Origin: Ramlibacter sp. 2FC
GTDB lineage: Bacteria; Pseudomonadota; Gammaproteobacteria; Burkholderiales; Burkholderiaceae_C
NCBI GenBank assembly: GCA_943369755.1
Contig: CALROG020000005.1
Location: 49,689-113,688 of the forward strand
Direction of reading: 5' to 3'
Length of the DNA stretch: 64,000 nt
Shown: positions 55,512 to 64,000 of the stretch, one piece after another
Numbering within the stretch: the first letter of the stretch is position 1
How the letters are laid out: each line of letters starts with the position of its first letter
The notes under the pieces: model-generated
What the model was told of the DNA's origin: nothing
The model's input: only the letters and a program-made list of their open reading frames with translations
The model's database searches: none
Translations under genes and position numbers: made by a program

Positions 55512-56042
55512 GTGAAAACCCTGACCGACCAGCTAGCGAAGTACGCAGCCTATCACCGTGACCCGCGCAACATTGCCAGCCACTTCATCGGAATACCGAT
55601 GATCGTGCTGGCTGTGGCAGTACTGTTGGCACGCCCAGCCTGGGGCAGCATGGGTGGCGTTGCCCTGACCCCGGCATTGCTGCTGACTGCCGTCACGGTG
55701 CTGTATTACCTGCGGCTTGACCTGCGCCTGGGCCTGTTGATGGGCCTGCTGATGGCGCTGAACCTGTACGCAGCGCAATGGTTCGCCGTGCAGTCCACCA
55801 GTTTCTGGCTGGGCTCAGGAGTCGGCCTGTTTGTGGCCGGCTGGTTGATCCAGTTCATCGGCCACTACTACGAGGGCAAGAAGCCCGCGTTTGTGGACGA
55901 CATCATGGGCTTGATCATCGGCCCGCTGTTTGTGGTGGCCGAAGCAGTGTTTGCGCTTGGCCTGCGCGGGCCCTTGTTGCGTGAAATTGAGGCCCGCGTT
56001 GGCCCGGTGCGCAAACGTGACATCAGCGCCAGTGCCACGTAA
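55512..56042 (+). CDS. DUF962 (Mpo1/YGL010w-like) membrane protein
   Basis: GTG 55512, 6 nt after AGGAG. YAAYHRDPRNIASHFIGIP...FIGHYYEGKKPAFVDD matches the family core. Confidence 0.75.
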   Translation: MKTLTDQLAKYAAYHRDPRNIASHFIGIPMIVLAVAVLLARPAWGSMGGVALTPALLLTAVTVLYYLRLDLRLGLLMGLLMALNLYAAQWFAVQSTSFWLGSGVGLFVAGWLIQFIGHYYEGKKPAFVDDIMGLIIGPLFVVAEAVFALGLRGPLLREIEARVGPVRKRDISASAT

Positions 56043-56068
56043 CTAATTTCACTCAATTCGAACCTGGT

Positions 56069-56120
56069 TTGCTATTATTTTTATAGTGGCTCACGCATTC
56101 TGTATGCGGGCTGCAGCCTG
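56069..56120 (+). repeat. Family-A interspersed repeat, copy 9 (intergenic)
   Basis: ttGCTAttaTTTTTATAGTGGCTcaCGCAttctgtatGCGGGCTgCAGCCtg. Confidence 0.9.
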
Positions 56121-56170
56121 AATTGGCTTGAACAAAGGCGGTGCGGCGGCTTTGGAGCAAAATCGCTGGC

Positions 56171-57604
56171 ATGCAATTGAATTACATCGCCAACGCTTGC
56201 GTGCCGTCTTCATCCGGGCGCACGATTCCCGTGATCGATCCGTCCGACGGCCAGCCATTTGACGAACTGCAGCGCAGCAACGCGCACGACATCGATGCCG
56301 CCGTGCACGCCGCGCGCCAGTGTCAGGACGCGGTGTGGAGCAAGCTCAGCGCCGCCGAGCGCGGCCGCCTGCTGATGAAGCTGTCCGCCAAAGTGGCCGA
56401 GCATGCTGATGAGCTGGCCGCGCTGGAGCAACGCGACTGCGGCAAACCCACCAAGCAGGCCAGAGCCGACGCCGTGGCGCTGGTGCGCTATTTCGAGTAT
56501 TACGCCGGTGCCTGCGACAAGCTGCATGGCCACACCATTCCCTACCTGGACGGCTACAGCGTGCTGACCTGGCGCGAGCCCTTTGGCGTCGTGGGCAGCA
56601 TCATTCCCTGGAACTACCCGATGCAGATCTTTGGCCGCAGCGTGGGCGGTGCGCTGGCCGCGGGAAATGTCTGCGTGGTCAAGCCCGCAGAAGACGCCTG
56701 CCTGAGCCTGCTGCGGGTGGCTCAACTGGCCGCCGAGGTCGGGTTCCCGGCGGGGGCCATCAATATCGTGACCGGCTATGGCCACGAGGTCGGTGACGCG
56801 CTGGCCCGCCACCCGGGGATTGACCACATCAGCTTCACCGGCAGCCCCAAGGTCGGCACCCTGATTGCGCAAGTCGCCGCTGAGCGGCATTGCCCGGTGA
56901 CGCTGGAGCTGGGTGGCAAAAGTCCGCAAATCATTTTTGCCGACGCTGACCTCGATGCGGCCCTTCCAATGGTCATCAACGCCATCGTGCAAAACGCCGG
57001 TCAGACCTGTAGCGCCGGCTCGCGCCTGCTGGTGGAGCAAGCCATTTACGAGCCGCTGCTGGAACGGCTGGCCACGGCCTTTGAGAACCTGCGCGTCGGC
57101 CCTGCCGCCATGGACCTGGACCTGGGCCCGCTGATCCGCCAGAGCCAGCAGCAGCGCGTTTGGGACTTTTTGAGCGACGCCCAGGTAGCCAGCATCCCGA
57201 TGGTGGCACAGGGGCAAGTGGTGGAAGACGCGCCCGAGACCGGCTTTTACCAGGCCCCTACCCTGCTGCGCGATGTGCCGGTAGACCACCGGATTGCGCA
57301 AGAAGAAGTGTTTGGCCCGGTGTTGGCGGCCATGAGCTTCAAGGACGAAGACCATGCCGTGCAACTGGCCAACGCCACCCAGTTCGGCCTGGTGGCCGGC
57401 ATCTGGACGCGCGACGGTGGCCGGCAACTGCGCATGGCCAGGCGGGTGAAAAGCGGCCAGGTGTTCATCAACAACTACGGCGCCGGTGGCGGCGTGGAGC
57501 TGCCCTTTGGCGGCGTCAAGTCATCCGGCTATGGCCGCGAAAAAGGCTTTGAGGCGCTGTATGGCTTCACCACGGTGAAGACCGTGGCGATCAAACACGG
57601 ATAA
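56171..57604 (+). CDS. NAD(P)-dependent aldehyde dehydrogenase
   Basis: ATG 56171. ELGGKSP, catalytic Cys GQTCSAGSR and EEVFGPV motifs. Confidence 0.92.
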   Translation: MQLNYIANACVPSSSGRTIPVIDPSDGQPFDELQRSNAHDIDAAVHAARQCQDAVWSKLSAAERGRLLMKLSAKVAEHADELAALEQRDCGKPTKQARADAVALVRYFEYYAGACDKLHGHTIPYLDGYSVLTWREPFGVVGSIIPWNYPMQIFGRSVGGALAAGNVCVVKPAEDACLSLLRVAQLAAEVGFPAGAINIVTGYGHEVGDALARHPGIDHISFTGSPKVGTLIAQVAAERHCPVTLELGGKSPQIIFADADLDAALPMVINAIVQNAGQTCSAGSRLLVEQAIYEPLLERLATAFENLRVGPAAMDLDLGPLIRQSQQQRVWDFLSDAQVASIPMVAQGQVVEDAPETGFYQAPTLLRDVPVDHRIAQEEVFGPVLAAMSFKDEDHAVQLANATQFGLVAGIWTRDGGRQLRMARRVKSGQVFINNYGAGGGVELPFGGVKSSGYGREKGFEALYGFTTVKTVAIKHG

Positions 57605-57623
57605 CAACACGAGGCACACACCC

Positions 57624-58385
57624 ATGCGAGTCAAAGACAAATCCATCATCGTTACCGGCTCCGGTGGCGGCATTGGCGAAGGCATTGCCAAGCGTCTGGC
57701 CGAACAGGGCGCGAAGGTCATCGTGAATGACATCAACACTGCCCTGGGCGAAAAGGTGGCGGCCGAGATTACGGCGGCGGGTGGCACCGCGTTCTTCTTT
57801 GCCGCTGACGTCACGAAGACGGCCGACGTGAAGGCGCTGGTAGACGCCGCCGTGCAGCGCTTTGGCACGCTGGACGTGATGGTCAACAACGCGGGCTGGA
57901 CCCACCGCAACCGCCCCGCGCTGGAGGTTTCAGAGGACGAATTCGACAAGTGCTACGCAGTCAACATGAAAAGCATCTACCTGGCGACCGTTCACGCGGT
58001 GCCGGTGTTCCGCGCCAACAAGGGCGGCAGCTTCATCAACATTGCGTCCACCGCTGGCGTGCGGCCGCGCCCCGGCCTGACCTGGTACAACGGCTCCAAG
58101 GGTGCTGTCATCACCACCAGCAAGTCGCTGGCGGCCGAGCTGGGGCCCGACAACATCCGCGTGAACTGCATCAACCCGGTGTTCAACCCTGATACAGGGC
58201 TGAGCGCCGAGTTTGCCGGCGGCCCGGTGGACGAAGCCCGGCGCACCAAATTTCTGTCCACCATCCCGCTGGGGCGCTTTTCCACCGCGCTGGACGTGGC
58301 CAACGCCTGCCTGTACCTGTCCAGCGACGAGGCCGCGTTCATCAGCGGCGTGTGCATCGAGGTGGACGGGGCGCGCTGCGTTTGA
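57624..58385 (+). CDS. Classical short-chain dehydrogenase/reductase
   Basis: TGSGGGIGEGIA, NNAG and YNGSKGAV (YxxxK). Confidence 0.9.
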   Translation: MRVKDKSIIVTGSGGGIGEGIAKRLAEQGAKVIVNDINTALGEKVAAEITAAGGTAFFFAADVTKTADVKALVDAAVQRFGTLDVMVNNAGWTHRNRPALEVSEDEFDKCYAVNMKSIYLATVHAVPVFRANKGGSFINIASTAGVRPRPGLTWYNGSKGAVITTSKSLAAELGPDNIRVNCINPVFNPDTGLSAEFAGGPVDEARRTKFLSTIPLGRFSTALDVANACLYLSSDEAAFISGVCIEVDGARCV

Positions 58386-58403
58386 CACAGCACAATCAGC
58401 CCA

Positions 58404-59540
58404 ATGGCAGAACGCATCATTCCCCTGATTGACCAGCGCACCCGTGCGCTGCCGGTTGCCGTGCCTGCGCAGCCGACGGCCGCCACGGGCCTGCTGGGCG
58501 ACGCGCTCGGGCGGCCGTTGCGCGACTTGCGGATCAGCGTCACTGACCGCTGCAACTTTCGTTGCAGCTACTGCATGCCCAAGGAAGTGTTCGACAAGGA
58601 CTACCCGTACCTGCCCCATGCGTCGCTGCTCACCTTTGAAGAAATCACCCGCGTCGCCAGGCAGTTTGTGGCGCACGGCGTGCGCAAGATTCGCCTGACG
58701 GGCGGCGAGCCGCTGTTGCGCAAGAACATTGAGGTGCTGATTGAGCAACTGGCCGCACTGCGCACGCTGGACGGTGAGCCGCTGGACCTGACGCTCACTA
58801 CCAATGGCTCGCTGCTGGCACGCAAGGCCCTGGCCCTCAAGGCCGCCGGGCTTCAGCGCGTCACAGTCAGCCTGGACGGGCTGGACGACACCGTGTTTCG
58901 CGCCATGAACGATGTGGACTTTCCGGTGGCCGATGTACTGCGCGGCATAGAAGCGGCGCGCCAGGCGGGGCTGGGGCCGATCAAGGTCAACATGGTTGTG
59001 AAGCGCGGCACCAATGACCACGAAATCCTGCCCATGGCGCGCCACTTCCGCGGCAGCGGCATTGTGCTGCGCTTCATCGAATACATGGATGTCGGGGCCA
59101 CCAACGGCTGGCGCATGGACCAGGTGATGCCGTCTGCCGAGGTGGTGCAGCGCATCCATGGCGAACTGCCTTTGGTGCAGCTTGTACCCAGCGCTGCGGG
59201 CGAGACCGCCGAGCGCTGGGGCTATGCCGACGAAGATGGCCAGCACGCGGTGCATGCCGGAGAAATTGGCGTGATCAGCAGCGTGACGCAGGCATTCTGC
59301 GCCGACTGCAACCGCGCCCGCCTGTCTACCGAAGGCCAGCTTTACCTGTGCCTGTTTGCCAGCCAGGGCCACGACCTGCGCAGCCTGGTGCGCAGCGGCG
59401 CCTCCGACCAAGCCCTCGCATCGGCCATCGCCCACATCTGGCAAGGCCGCAGCGACCGCTATTCCGAGCTGCGCAGTTCGATGGCACCGGACATCGGCGG
59501 CGGCGCGCGCCGCGTCGAAATGAGCTACATCGGGGGTTGA
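58404..59540 (+). CDS. moaA: GTP 3',8-cyclase (molybdenum cofactor biosynthesis protein A)
   Basis: Radical-SAM [10 protein letters not shown], plus the C-terminal cluster [21 protein letters not shown]. Confidence 0.95.
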   Translation: MAERIIPLIDQRTRALPVAVPAQPTAATGLLGDALGRPLRDLRISVTDRCNFRCSYCMPKEVFDKDYPYLPHASLLTFEEITRVARQFVAHGVRKIRLTGGEPLLRKNIEVLIEQLAALRTLDGEPLDLTLTTNGSLLARKALALKAAGLQRVTVSLDGLDDTVFRAMNDVDFPVADVLRGIEAARQAGLGPIKVNMVVKRGTNDHEILPMARHFRGSGIVLRFIEYMDVGATNGWRMDQVMPSAEVVQRIHGELPLVQLVPSAAGETAERWGYADEDGQHAVHAGEIGVISSVTQAFCADCNRARLSTEGQLYLCLFASQGHDLRSLVRSGASDQALASAIAHIWQGRSDRYSELRSSMAPDIGGGARRVEMSYIGG

Positions 59541-59571
59541 TCTGATTCCGTCGGCTGAAATCACCGGCCTG

Positions 59572-60150
59572 GTGCTGGCCGGCGGCCTTGGCTCCCGCAT
59601 GGGCGGCGCAGACAAAGGTTTGCAGGACTTTCGTGGCGCGCCACTGGCGCAGCACGCGCTTGCCCGGCTGACCGCGCAAACCCGCAGCGTGATGATCAGC
59701 GCCAACCGTAACCTGGCGTCTTATGCCGCCTTCGGTGTGCCGGTGTTGGCAGACACTCAAGCAGACTTCGCCGGGCCGTTGGCCGGCCTGCTGACGGGCT
59801 TGCTGGCCTGCCCCACGCCGTGGCTGGCCATGGTGCCGTGCGACGCGCCCTGGCTTCCGCCAGATCTTGTGCAATGCCTGGCTGACCGCGCCGACGCAGC
59901 GAGCGCTTTGGCAGCGGTCGCCAGCACTCGGGGCAACGATGGGGTGCCCCGGTTGCAGCCGGTTTTTTGCCTGGTGAATGTGGCCCTGGCCCCCGCGCTG
60001 CGGGCCTGGCTGGCCGCCGGTGGGCGCAAGGCTGGTGAATGGTTTGCCGAACAGTCCGCCGCAAACGTCGTTTTTGACGGTCCCAACGCAAGCCAGGCCT
60101 TCATGAACATCAACACGCTGGCGGAGTTGGCCCAGGCTACAAAAGCCTGA
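59572..60150 (+). CDS. mobA: Molybdenum cofactor guanylyltransferase
   Basis: LAGGLGSRMGGADKGL motif. Conserved residues (AEITGLV) continue upstream of the first canonical start (GTG 59572), so the true start may be non-canonical (CTG 59542). Confidence 0.85.
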   Translation: MLAGGLGSRMGGADKGLQDFRGAPLAQHALARLTAQTRSVMISANRNLASYAAFGVPVLADTQADFAGPLAGLLTGLLACPTPWLAMVPCDAPWLPPDLVQCLADRADAASALAAVASTRGNDGVPRLQPVFCLVNVALAPALRAWLAAGGRKAGEWFAEQSAANVVFDGPNASQAFMNINTLAELAQATKA

Positions 60151-60162
60151 GCCAGTCGTAGG

Positions 60163-63100
60163 CTACTTGGCCGGGATCGCGTCCTGGCCCAGGCCGGGCT
60201 CCGCATGGTAGGCGGGTTGCTCGTTGGCCTCACTCTTGTTGGCACCGGGCACCTTGCCGCGGGCAAACAGCGAGTACATGGTTGGCACCACAAAGATGGT
60301 CAACAGCGTACCCAGCGACATGCCCCCCACAATCACCCAGCCAATCTGCTGGCGGCTCTCGGCACCAGCGCCACTGGCCAGTGCCAGAGGCAGCGCGCCC
60401 AGCACCATGGCACCGGTGGTCATGAGAATCGGGCGCAGGCGCTGCGACGAGGCCTTGATCAATGCATCAACCGTTGCCATGCCGTCTTGACGCAGCTGGT
60501 TGGTGAACTCCACGATCAAAATGCCGTGCTTGGTAATCAACCCCACAAGCGTGATCAACCCGATCTGTGAATAGACGTTGAGCGAGCCCCCGCTCCACTT
60601 CAGCGCCAGCAGCGCGCCGATCATTGACAGCGGCACCGACAGCATGATCACGAGCGGATCGACAAAGCTCTCGAACTGCGCCGCCAGCACCAGGAAGATG
60701 AACAACAGCGCCAGCACGAACACAATCGCCAGCGCACCCTGCGAGTTGCGGAACTCGCGCGAGGTGCCGTTCAGATCGGTGCTGTAGCCGGTCTTGAGCA
60801 CCCTGGCGGCCGTCTGGTCCAGGAACACCAGCGCCTGGCCCAGCGAATAGTCGGGCGCGAGGTTGGCCGTAATGGAGACAGACCGGCGCTGGCCAAAGTG
60901 GTTAAGCTCGCGCGGGCTCACGCTTTCACGGGTCTTGACCAGTGCTGACAGCGGGATCATGGTGTCATTGCGGCCACGCACATAAATGCTGTCAATGTCT
61001 TCAGGCGTGTTGCGGCCTGTTGCCTGGGTCTGCACGATCACGTCGTACTGCTCGGCGTCGCGCTTGTAGCGCGTGACCTGACGGCCGCCCAACATGGTTT
61101 CCAGGGCTTTGGCCACCACGTCAACGCCGACGCCAAGATCGGCCGCCTTCTCGCGATTGACCTCAATCCGCAGCTCGGGCTTGTTCAGCCGCAGGTCTAC
61201 GTCGGGCGAGATGATGCCCGGGTTTTTGGCAATCTCTTCCAGCATCTGGCGCGTCACACGGTTCAGGTTCTCGTAGCTGTCCGAGGTCTGGATCACAAAG
61301 TTCACCGGCCGGTCGCGAAAGCCCTGGCCCAGCGAAGGTGGCGTGATGGTGAAGGCATTGACCCCGGGCAGGCTATTGAACTTGGGCTGCAGCTCACGCG
61401 CCAGCTCCAGCGTGGTTCGCTTGCGGTCTTCCCAGTCAACCGTGCGATACACCACAGTGGCCTGCGCCACCGTGGGGTTGCCAACGTTGGCAAAAATCCG
61501 GTCGAATTCCTTGTAGGGCTGGCCCATGCGCTCCAGTGCCTGGGCATAGCGGTTGGTGTACTCAAGCGTGGAGCCGTCGGGCGCGTTCACTGTGGCCAGA
61601 ATCGTGCCCCGGTCTTCCAGCGGCGACAGCTCCGACTTCATGTTCGGGTACACCCAGCCAATTGCAACGCCGCTGGCCAGCATCACGGCAATCACAATCC
61701 AGCGCGCCTGGGGCACCAGAATGCCCCAGCCGCTGGCCGCTGGCTTGACCGCGCCGCCAATCCGCGCCGTCACTACCCAGCGCAGCCAACGCCCGTACGC
61801 ATCAGACAACGCGGTGAGCCAGCGTTCCATGTTGCGGTCAAACCAGTTGGGCTTGGGGTTGTGCTTGAGTAGCTGCGAACACATCATGGGGGTGAGCGTC
61901 AGCGCCACAAAACCCGACACCACCACCGCCCCCGCCAACGCCAACGCAAACTCGGCAAACAACCGCCCGGTGCGCCCCGGCGTAAATGCCAGCGGTGCGT
62001 ACACCGCCACCAGCGTCATGGTCATGGTGATCACGGCAAACCCGATTTCCCGCGCGCCCTTGATTGCCGCCGAGAATGGGTCGAGCCCTTCCTCAATGTG
62101 GCGGTAAATGTTCTCCAGCATCACGATGGCGTCGTCCACTACCAGGCCAATCGCCAGTACCAGCGCCAGCAATGTCAGCGTGTTGATGGTGAAGCCCGCC
62201 AGCGCCATCATGGCGAAGGTTCCAATCAGGCTCACCGGTATCGTCACGATGGGAATGATGGACGCCCGGAACGTACGCAAGAACACAAAAATCACCAGCG
62301 CCACCAGCACGATGGCCTCCACGATGGTTCTATAGACGTTCTTGACCGAGCGGTCGATAAAGACTGAGTTGTCGTTGGCAATATCGATCGTGATATCGGC
62401 CGGCAAGTCTGCCTTGAGCTTGGGGATCATGTCGCGCACACCCTGCGACAACGTCAGCGGGTTGGCAGTGGCCTGGCGAATCACACCGGCTGAAATCGCC
62501 TGCCTGCCGTTCAACCGCACCGAGCTGCGCTCTTCGGCAGCACCCTCCTGCACCCGCGCCACATCGCGCAACTTCACCGGGAAACCGTTCACGTTCTTGA
62601 TGACGATTTCGCCAAACTGCGCCGGGCGCACCAAGTCGGTCTGCGTGGTAACGCTGAACTCGCGTTGCTGCGATTCAATGCGCCCGGCCGGCAACTCCAG
62701 GTTGCTGCGCCGGATGGCGTCTTCCACGTCCTGCGTGGTGAGCCGATAGCCCGCCAGCTTCGCCGGGTCAAGCCAGACCCGCATGGCGTATTTGCGTTCA
62801 CCAAAAATGCGTACGTCGGCCACGCCAGAAACCGTCTGCAGCCGCGACTTGACGACCCGGTTGATCAGGTCATTGATCTGCAGCGGGCTCAACGTGTCGC
62901 TGGTGAAGGCCAGCCAGATCACCGGGAAGGCATCGGCCTCGACCTTGGCAATCACCGGCTCGTCGATGGCCGCTGGCAAACGGTTGCGAACCCGAGAGGT
63001 GCGGTCGCGCACCTCGGCGGCGGCGGCATCGGCGTCTTTCTCAAGCCGAAAGCGCACGGTAATCTGGCTCTGCTCGGCGCGGCTGATCGAGGTGATGACG

Positions 63101-63333
63101 TCCACCGCATCGATGCCGGCAATTGAATCTTCCAGCGGCTTGGTCACCTGAGATTCAATCACCTCGGCCGAAGCGCCGGGGTAGCGCACGCTCACCGTCA
63201 CCACGGGCTCGTCGATCTTGGGATACTCACGCACCGACAAGCGGGTAAAGCTCACCGCGCCGATCAGCAGCACCAGCAGCGACAACACGGTGGCAAATAC
63301 CGGGCGGCGGATCGAGATTTCAGCGAGTTGCAT
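60163..63333 (-). CDS. RND-family efflux transporter, inner-membrane permease (AcrB/MdtB-like)
   Basis: 1056 aa, 12-TM AcrB architecture, N-terminus MQLAEISIRRPVFATVLSLLVLLIG. Confidence 0.95.
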   Translation of the reverse strand: MQLAEISIRRPVFATVLSLLVLLIGAVSFTRLSVREYPKIDEPVVTVSVRYPGASAEVIESQVTKPLEDSIAGIDAVDVITSISRAEQSQITVRFRLEKDADAAAAEVRDRTSRVRNRLPAAIDEPVIAKVEADAFPVIWLAFTSDTLSPLQINDLINRVVKSRLQTVSGVADVRIFGERKYAMRVWLDPAKLAGYRLTTQDVEDAIRRSNLELPAGRIESQQREFSVTTQTDLVRPAQFGEIVIKNVNGFPVKLRDVARVQEGAAEERSSVRLNGRQAISAGVIRQATANPLTLSQGVRDMIPKLKADLPADITIDIANDNSVFIDRSVKNVYRTIVEAIVLVALVIFVFLRTFRASIIPIVTIPVSLIGTFAMMALAGFTINTLTLLALVLAIGLVVDDAIVMLENIYRHIEEGLDPFSAAIKGAREIGFAVITMTMTLVAVYAPLAFTPGRTGRLFAEFALALAGAVVVSGFVALTLTPMMCSQLLKHNPKPNWFDRNMERWLTALSDAYGRWLRWVVTARIGGAVKPAASGWGILVPQARWIVIAVMLASGVAIGWVYPNMKSELSPLEDRGTILATVNAPDGSTLEYTNRYAQALERMGQPYKEFDRIFANVGNPTVAQATVVYRTVDWEDRKRTTLELARELQPKFNSLPGVNAFTITPPSLGQGFRDRPVNFVIQTSDSYENLNRVTRQMLEEIAKNPGIISPDVDLRLNKPELRIEVNREKAADLGVGVDVVAKALETMLGGRQVTRYKRDAEQYDVIVQTQATGRNTPEDIDSIYVRGRNDTMIPLSALVKTRESVSPRELNHFGQRRSVSITANLAPDYSLGQALVFLDQTAARVLKTGYSTDLNGTSREFRNSQGALAIVFVLALLFIFLVLAAQFESFVDPLVIMLSVPLSMIGALLALKWSGGSLNVYSQIGLITLVGLITKHGILIVEFTNQLRQDGMATVDALIKASSQRLRPILMTTGAMVLGALPLALASGAGAESRQQIGWVIVGGMSLGTLLTIFVVPTMYSLFARGKVPGANKSEANEQPAYHAEPGLGQDAIPAK

Positions 63334-63345
63334 GGGCTTTCTCCG

Positions 63346-64000
63346 TCAAGGCTTGGCCGGGCGACGCGGGGCCTCGGCAGACGCGGTGGCGGCGCAAGGG
63401 TTCGGGCCATCGAATTTTGCGGGCGGCAATTTGGCCATTGCTGCGGGCCCTGCGATCGCAGGGTAAGCAGGTGCACCCACCGGCGGTTGGCCTGCTACCT
63501 GTGCACCCGTCGGCGCGGCAGCCAACGGTGCCGGGGCAGGCCCGCCAGGCGGGCCGCCTTGCGGCCCCCCTTGCGGCGCGGCACCTGGGCGACCACCACC
63601 GCCGGTGCCCTGGCGCGACATGTCCACCACACGCACGGCCATGCCGTCACGCTGGATCCGCTGGTGACCGGCGGTCACCACCACATCGCCGGGCTGAAGG
63701 CCTTCGGTGATTTCCACGCGACCAGGGCGGCGAATGCCCACCTTGACCTCCACGCGCTGGGCAATCTTGGTGTCGGCATCGGGGCCGTCCGTCAGTTTGA
63801 TGACGGTCTGGCGCCCGCCTTGCGGCACGATAGCTTCTTCAGGAATGACCCGGGCGTTGTCGCGCTCGCCAAACACAACGTTAACGCGGGCAAACATGCC
63901 GGGGCGCAGTTGCAAGCTGCGGTTGTCTATGCAACCGCGCACACCGACCGAGCGGCCATTGGCGTCCAGCAGCGGGTCAATTGCCTGCACCAGTGCGGTG
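63346..64000 (-). CDS. RND efflux periplasmic adaptor (membrane fusion protein), C-terminal part. The gene continues beyond the window
   Basis: Beta-barrel/MP-proximal region (RPGMFARVNVVFGERDNARVIPEEAIV...VEITEGLQPGDVVVTAGHQRIQ) followed by a ~90 aa Pro/Gly/Ala-rich tail. Immediately upstream of the RND pump. Confidence 0.85.
   Translation of the reverse strand, partial: TALVQAIDPLLDANGRSVGVRGCIDNRSLQLRPGMFARVNVVFGERDNARVIPEEAIVPQGGRQTVIKLTDGPDADTKIAQRVEVKVGIRRPGRVEITEGLQPGDVVVTAGHQRIQRDGMAVRVVDMSRQGTGGGGRPGAAPQGGPQGGPPGGPAPAPLAAAPTGAQVAGQPPVGAPAYPAIAGPAAMAKLPPAKFDGPNPCAATASAEAPRRPAKP

Noticed and set aside
57930-59705. 591-aa minus-strand ORF antisense to the SDR gene, moaA and mobA
   Set aside because: Same reasoning. 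It sits opposite motif-rich genes, has Arg/Ala/Gly-rich composition and no domain signature.

Overview
High-GC core-chromosome segment. Gene content and order fit a Burkholderiales/Comamonadaceae-type betaproteobacterium; this is an inference, no search was run. About 60 genes are supported by motifs in the ORF track. They include: pepA, lptFG, cbiX-cysB, hrpA and argA; a sulfur-assimilation operon (tauE-like, cysI, DUF934, cysH, cysD, cysN) followed by fdxA and a ferredoxin-NADP reductase; a TPP-riboswitch-controlled TonB receptor; tRNA-Asn and aat-bpt; an ilvIHC-pssA-leuA block with a leucine leader/attenuator; an ECF sigma/DUF3619/DUF3106/RDD operon; glnB-nadE; a BLUF protein; ppa/hppA; moaA-mobA; and an RND efflux pair. 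No prophage, IS, CRISPR or defence island was seen. The most unusual signal is not a gene. It is a ~50-bp interspersed repeat (core TTGCTAC..TTTTTATAGTGGCT..CGCA-N8-GCGGGCT.CAGCC) present in at least nine copies. Six of these sit in frame inside conserved ORFs, and one provides a stop codon. A second GC-rich repeat family (GCTGCCCCCCGAGGGGGC...GGGGCGGCCCGGCGGCG) is inserted in frame into the HrpA helicase core and into another ORF. A single palindromic element extends cysH. Many long antisense ORFs in the track are high-GC artefacts.
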